Of a stretch of 64,000 bases of DNA, positions 55,343 to 64,000 are shown in pieces. The translations under genes and the position numbers were made by a program. The notes below the pieces were generated by a model. That model was not told the origin of the DNA. It ran no database searches and saw only the letters and a program-made list of their open reading frames with translations. Numbering within the stretch: the stretch's first letter is position 1; each line of letters begins with the position of its first letter. The stretch is from Eledone cirrhosa (taxonomy: Eukaryota), in assembly GCA_964016885.1 (NCBI GenBank), contig OZ024742.1, positions 78,058,001 through 78,122,000 on the forward strand, in the 5' to 3' direction.

Positions 55343-56840
55343 TAATTCAGATGTGAGGATTCAACAATAGTGGTAAGAAACTCTCAGGGGATTCAGAACA
55401 GTGTAGAATGTCTTCGTAGAAGAAACCCATCTCAAGTGAGTGTTTCGGCCCTTAACTTCATACACTTTAAGGGAGCCAGGCCGCATCCAGGTCATGACGC
55501 CTGTGTGACATTTAGCCATTCGGAAATCGGAGACATGTTGCGTATTTAAACCGTATGGAGATTTTGTTGGCAGGATCTAACTAGAATTCCTCTCCGTTCC
55601 ATCTTCTTTCAAACTTATATTTAAACATTTTCATGAAAAGGAAAAATAACGTTGGATAGAAGGAAATGTAAAATAAAATACATGTTTTATATTATTACAA
55701 AAGTCCGTTAACTATATGAGTAGGTTTCAAATTGCAAGCACTTCTTGCAGTAAAATACACTGGAAATGTGAACACTACAATAGCTATCATATTTTATGAC
55801 ATAAAATACTTAAAGTGACTGAAATGAATAGGCTGAGCCGGTGGACAGCTCCATACGGAAATGATGCTAATCAGCCGATGTACATAGGTGTCAAAACTAT
55901 GTTTTAACCTAGCCGGGTTAGGTATCGCTATATTGATAATGACCATATTCAGAAACAAGGGCAGTCTACAGATTACCTAGCCTTGCTTCTGCTGGAATCC
56001 ACCTGATGGCAGTAGTCATCAGCTTCCAAAATTCATAGCTAAAGGCTTTCAAATGTTCGTAAACGTACCGTATTTCGCTGGATATATATACATATATATA
56101 GAAAGATTGTCACACTCGACAAAAGCATGTCCTTGATCATCAGCCATCTCCTGGATAACGAAACTCCATGCATAAAAGAGTGGCAGTGCTTAATATTAAG
56201 GTTGAGTTGTATAATGTCTTAAATAAGCCACGGGGAGCGTGCATATGAGTCAGCACAACAACTTAGAGACATGTGTTATCAAAGATGTTCATTTCTGTTA
56301 GAACAGCAAAATGAGTGCAGAAGCAAATAATAAAATGTCTTACGATTGCAAACAGGTCAGAATGGCAAATCTTAACTATGATATAGAAAGGCGTGCGGGA
56401 CTGCATCCAGAATATAATTTTTTATCCAGTTTGTAAAATAAGTTGGATTACTTTGAATAAATAATTGTTTCTACTTTTAGCACAAGGCCAGCAATTACCC
56501 AGTACATTACTGGTACTTTGACTAATTAATGAATGAATATTAGATAATGTATCTACTAAATTTCGTAACACATGATTAAACATATATTAAAAATATTATT
56601 GCATAGTTCAAGATTCACTTCGTTTAAAAAAATTCAAATTGCAATGCTTCAGGTATATCTATACTATAGAGGGAGAGAGAGAGAGAGTGAAAGAGAATGA
56701 TGAAGGGATTTGGACTTTGTTCAACACGCTGGTGTGTACGCGTGTGCGTGTATGTATGTTGTTGTTCTTTGATTTTATAAAATTGCTAGAGCAAGAAAGA
56801 GAGATTGTATGTGTGAGTATATAAAGACAGTAGTGACTGT

Positions 56841-56882
<42 letters not shown>

Positions 56883-56889
<7 letters not shown>

Positions 56890-58092
56890 ATACTTTGGGA
56901 GGGTCATGTTGCCAATAATAAACACGCACCAGTTGTTTCACTTCAATTTATTATAAATTAAATTTATAAATTTAGGAATTTATAAATTTCTGGTTGGTTG
57001 GTTGGTTCCACAACCAGACGATTGTTCATATATTATCAAAGTTCTTTCGTCACACATTCTGTGACCTCTTCAGTGACTGGGGATTCTTTTCTTTGTTTTT
57101 GCGCCTCTCCTTTATTCTGTCCTACGCCATCTTGTTTTTGTGTGTGTTGTGTGCTTAGTTTGCGTATGTGTTACATCCGGGTGTCTGTTTATATTTGTTT
57201 ATTTATTTGTTTATTTATTTGTTTATTTACATGTTACTGGTTGGTTGTTTGTTCTATGTGTGTGTGTGTTTTCATTTTGTCCTTAATTGTAAGTTGTGAT
57301 GTTGCTGTTCCACTCATATTTTCTATTTAATTTTGGTTGTAGTTCTTTTATGTTTATTGCCTCTGTAATTTGTCTAAACATTGCGTCTTTTCTGTGTGTA
57401 GATTCTATTTTTATTTCTATGTTCTCTAATTTCCCCTTGTGTTCTATTTTAGCATGTTGGTAGAGTACAGATGATTCTTTACTATCTTGAAGGTCTCGCC
57501 AGTGTTCATTTATCCGTTCCCCTACACTACGAGCTGTCTCACCTATGTACACTATATTTTTATCTCTACATTGTCCTTCAGTACATCTTATGCTATACAC
57601 TACATTTCTAGTTTTACAGTTAATATGGGGGCTTATTTTACAGGTTATACATTTCTTATCTATACATGAGGGTCTTTGGAGAGGGTATATCTTGCTAATA
57701 AGTGTTTTTATGGAGGTACCTGGTCTTTCTACTATCTTAATATTGAGTTTATGTTTATCTAGGGCTCTTCTGAATTTGTAAGCTAATTCACCTCTAGGAG
57801 TTGTATTGATGAATATTACACTCTGGTATTTATTGCTATCATACCATGAGTTTATTCTATTAACCTTATTCCTAGTTCTTTCTATTCTATTCCAAAATTT
57901 GCGCCTATACAAGGGGCAGGTCCCATTTGTACCATTATTTCCCATTTTTTCCCATTTGGTTCTGGCTCCTCTATATACTCTGATTTTATCTCTCTGATTG
58001 TAACCAGAGAACTGCATACGGTAGATGAAGTGTTGTATGTGTCTCTCTAGTTCTTTGGGGTTGCACATGCGGGACACGTTTCTCATCACCCT
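56883..58092 (-). mobile_element. Penelope-like element 3' part: RT C-terminus + GIY-YIG (ORF 57283-58089) and pLTR
   Basis: SGY, C..C..C, CKTRNVVYSIRC...YIGETARS..ERINEH, RQITEA, LN.K.EW. Confidence 0.88.
57035..57077 (-). ncRNA. Type I hammerhead in the Penelope-like pLTR
   Basis: gtca-CTGAAGA-g gtcac agaatgt gtgac-GAAA-GAAC-TT-tgat. Confidence 0.8.
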
Positions 58093-58604
58093 TCTTTGGA
58101 GTACAGTTATTCGATAAGTTATACAGCTCGGAAATCAGCAATGAGTCGCTACGTCTCTGAATCGAGAGATCACAGCTCCGATACTACGGGCGTAGGGTTA
58201 GAATTTGTAAGGAAAGAATCGCTGGATAGATTTTACTGGCAAAGCCAACCGGCAGTAGATTTCGAATTAGACCACGAACAAGATGTTCGGATAATATGCA
58301 TAAGCTCGATTGATTTCACTTGGGATCATATTGGATATTTTGCAAACAGTTGTTTCTGATAGTATGCTCCGGAGGGGTATCTGGATCTCTGATACCAAGA
58401 CACACTCTGGAATAAGTGAGTGAAGAATAAAAGGGTAGAGTTATATGATACCCATCAATACAGGGTTACATTTATCGACGGATATTTCTGGACTATTTTC
58501 CTATTACCCACTCTACTACCCTAAGTATTGAGTACTCTGGTGCGTTATAGTCCATCTGGTTCTTTACCACATCTCCTTTGTTATATATATATATATATAT
58601 ATGT

Positions 58605-60744
58605 GTGTCCACCGCTCCACCACCCTCACCCCACGCCACCGCCGCCCACCCACGTCTCCCCTTCCCCGTCAGATACCACCCATCCACCATACCCCTCCAC
58701 CGCACCATCCTCCGCCTCTTCCAACGCCTCCAGTCCGACCCATCCACCTCCCACATCTTCCCATCCCCACTCTCCCCTCCTTCAAACGCGCACGCAATCT
58801 CCGCACCCTCCTTGTCCGCAGCTCCCTACCCCCCAACCAACGCTCTTATTACCCCCCCCCGGTTCCCTTCCCTATTCCAGGCCTCGTTGCCACACCTACC
58901 CTCACATCACCAACACCACCACCTTCCAGGGTCCCAACGGCCACTCTCTCTGTCTGGCACGCCTTCCGCTGCACCTCCTCCAACCCAGTCTATGGACTTC
59001 GCTGCACGGAGTGCAGCACAACCTACGTCAGACAGACAGGACGTCGCCTGGCGGACCGTTTCATTGAACACCTCCGGAATATTCGTCTCGGCGGGAGTTC
59101 CCATCATCGCCCGCCACTTTGGCTCCCCTAGACATTCCGCGCACCACCTCACAGTCCGTGGCCTACTCCAATGCCACGGAACACCCGCCACCCGCCTCAA
59201 GATCGAACAACGCACCATCTTCACCCTACAGACCCACACTCTCCCGGCCTGAACTTCCCACTCCTATTTCTTTAGCCTTCGACCGCTCTGTCCCCTCCCC
59301 AACACACTCACACACATATCCCCCACTAACACCACTAACACACTCCTCCTTTTCACCGCCCACCTCCTTGGCTCACCCCACAACTAACAATACTAACACC
59401 CCACCCCCGACCACCCACCCCCAACTAACAATACTAACATCCCCACGCCTCCCCCTATCACGCACAGAGCCACCTGTACATATATACACGCACTCACACT
59501 ATCCACACACCCACCCACACCTGCATACACCACCCACTCAACACACCCAACCACCACTAACCCCCACTAACACACCCGCATTCAACCCTTTCCCCACTAC
59601 CAGTATACTAACACCCACTGACACCTCCTTTACCACACACATACACACACCAGTACACTACACTCCATCCAACGGCCCCCACGCCTCCTCTCTCCCTCTC
59701 CCCGCTCCACCCACACCCATTCACACCCACACACACACATCCCATTAACACCCTATCCACCCACATGACCCTCCCCACTCCACATTTCACACCTACCCAT
59801 CATCTCCCCTGTCCATCGCACACACAGACACACAGTCCACACCACACTGACTTTCTCCACCTGTCATTCTCCTCTACTGCTATGCCTTCATCCTGCCTTG
59901 ACCGTCTGACCACTCCTCCGCACACACAGACACCCATTCCTCACCACCACACACTGCCTTGACCCTCTGACCACTTCCCGTTGCGCGCGCACCCCACATC
60001 TCCCCACATCCGACCAACACAACTAACGGAATACACACTACCGGGCATCGTTCCAGGTAGCCACTCCATAACATGAACAATATCCGGCAACTCTTCGCAT
60101 CCTCTACGGAACTACCTTAGGAACTTACCCACGGACATACACTCACAATTATTTTTCGAACCACGCCACCTACACCACGTAAAAACACCAACACACACGT
60201 GCGTACCCCCACATATACACACTCAGCCTCCTCCACACCTCTGACCCCTCCCCATCCTCATGCACGCACACACCGTCCTACACCGCACCCCACACACACA
60301 CCTTCTCCCGAACATGGAACCTCGTTCTTCCCCCAACTCTCATATTCACACACACACACACACACACACGTACACCTACACACATGCACAAACACCACCT
60401 TCAGCCCTCCCCGATGGATACCGGCCTCCCGCTCCCTACTCAACCCGCCACCAGCCCTACCGGCCCCACACCATTCCACCACTTGTGTACTTTTATGTTT
60501 ATTTTTATTTTTATTTGTACCTCTTCCACCGTTTTTCCACCATTTTCTCCCCCGCCCCACTTTTTTCTAAATGTCTCTCCACCACTTCCCCATACACCAG
60601 CGGAACTCTCTTCCCACCCACTTTTCTCCTGAGGAAGGGCTTATGCCCGAAACGTCGTTGCCCACCTCCACTCCACTCTCAAGAGCGTGAAACTAATAAA
60701 CCTCTGTTTGTTCTGCCCCTCTGTTTTCGTTCCCGTTCCAATGT

Positions 60745-60748
<4 letters not shown>
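58605..60748 (+). mobile_element. Penelope-like (Neptune-type) element 3' part: frameshifted GIY-YIG, C/A-rich 3' region, pLTR
   Basis: LQSDP...IFP, FKRARNLRTLLV, FRCTSSNPVYGLRCTEC...YV.QTGRRLADRF.EH, EQRTIFTLQT. Confidence 0.85.
60628..60657 (+). ncRNA. Minimal hammerhead at the Penelope-like element end
   Basis: CTGAGGA-a gggc ttat gccc-GAAA-CG-TC. Stem I is reduced to about 1 bp. Confidence 0.7.

Positions 60749-64000
<3,252 letters not shown>

Noticed and set aside
59119-60570. Pro/Thr/His-rich ORFs
   Set aside because: They result from the C/A strand bias of the Penelope-like 3' region and show no domain signature.

Overview
This is AT-rich, repeat-saturated animal DNA. The SINE and LINE types suggest an octopod cephalopod, which is an inference. 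It consists largely of retroelements inserted into simple repeats: two near-full-length Tx1/L1-clade LINEs, each bracketed by (TAA)n, plus a third 3' end; a young 5'-truncated RTE-type LINE with a PHD finger inside its RT; four Penelope-like (GIY-YIG) element fragments; and decayed R4/Dong, CRE and RTE pieces and tRNA-derived SINEs. The main signal missed by the ORF track is about 20 type I hammerhead ribozyme motifs, read by eye, in short non-coding Penelope-type or retrozyme-like units between (TA)n tracts. They include a tandem 469-nt unit with two perfect ribozymes, core variants (U3-A8, U4A) and an octamer ATGCAAAT 80-92 nt upstream of the core in three different units. Two phase-compatible putative host exons lie at about 44.1-44.6 kb on the minus strand. 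The terminal 3.2-kb (TA)n tract hides a repeat of about 775 bp. No folding, alignment or database search was run.
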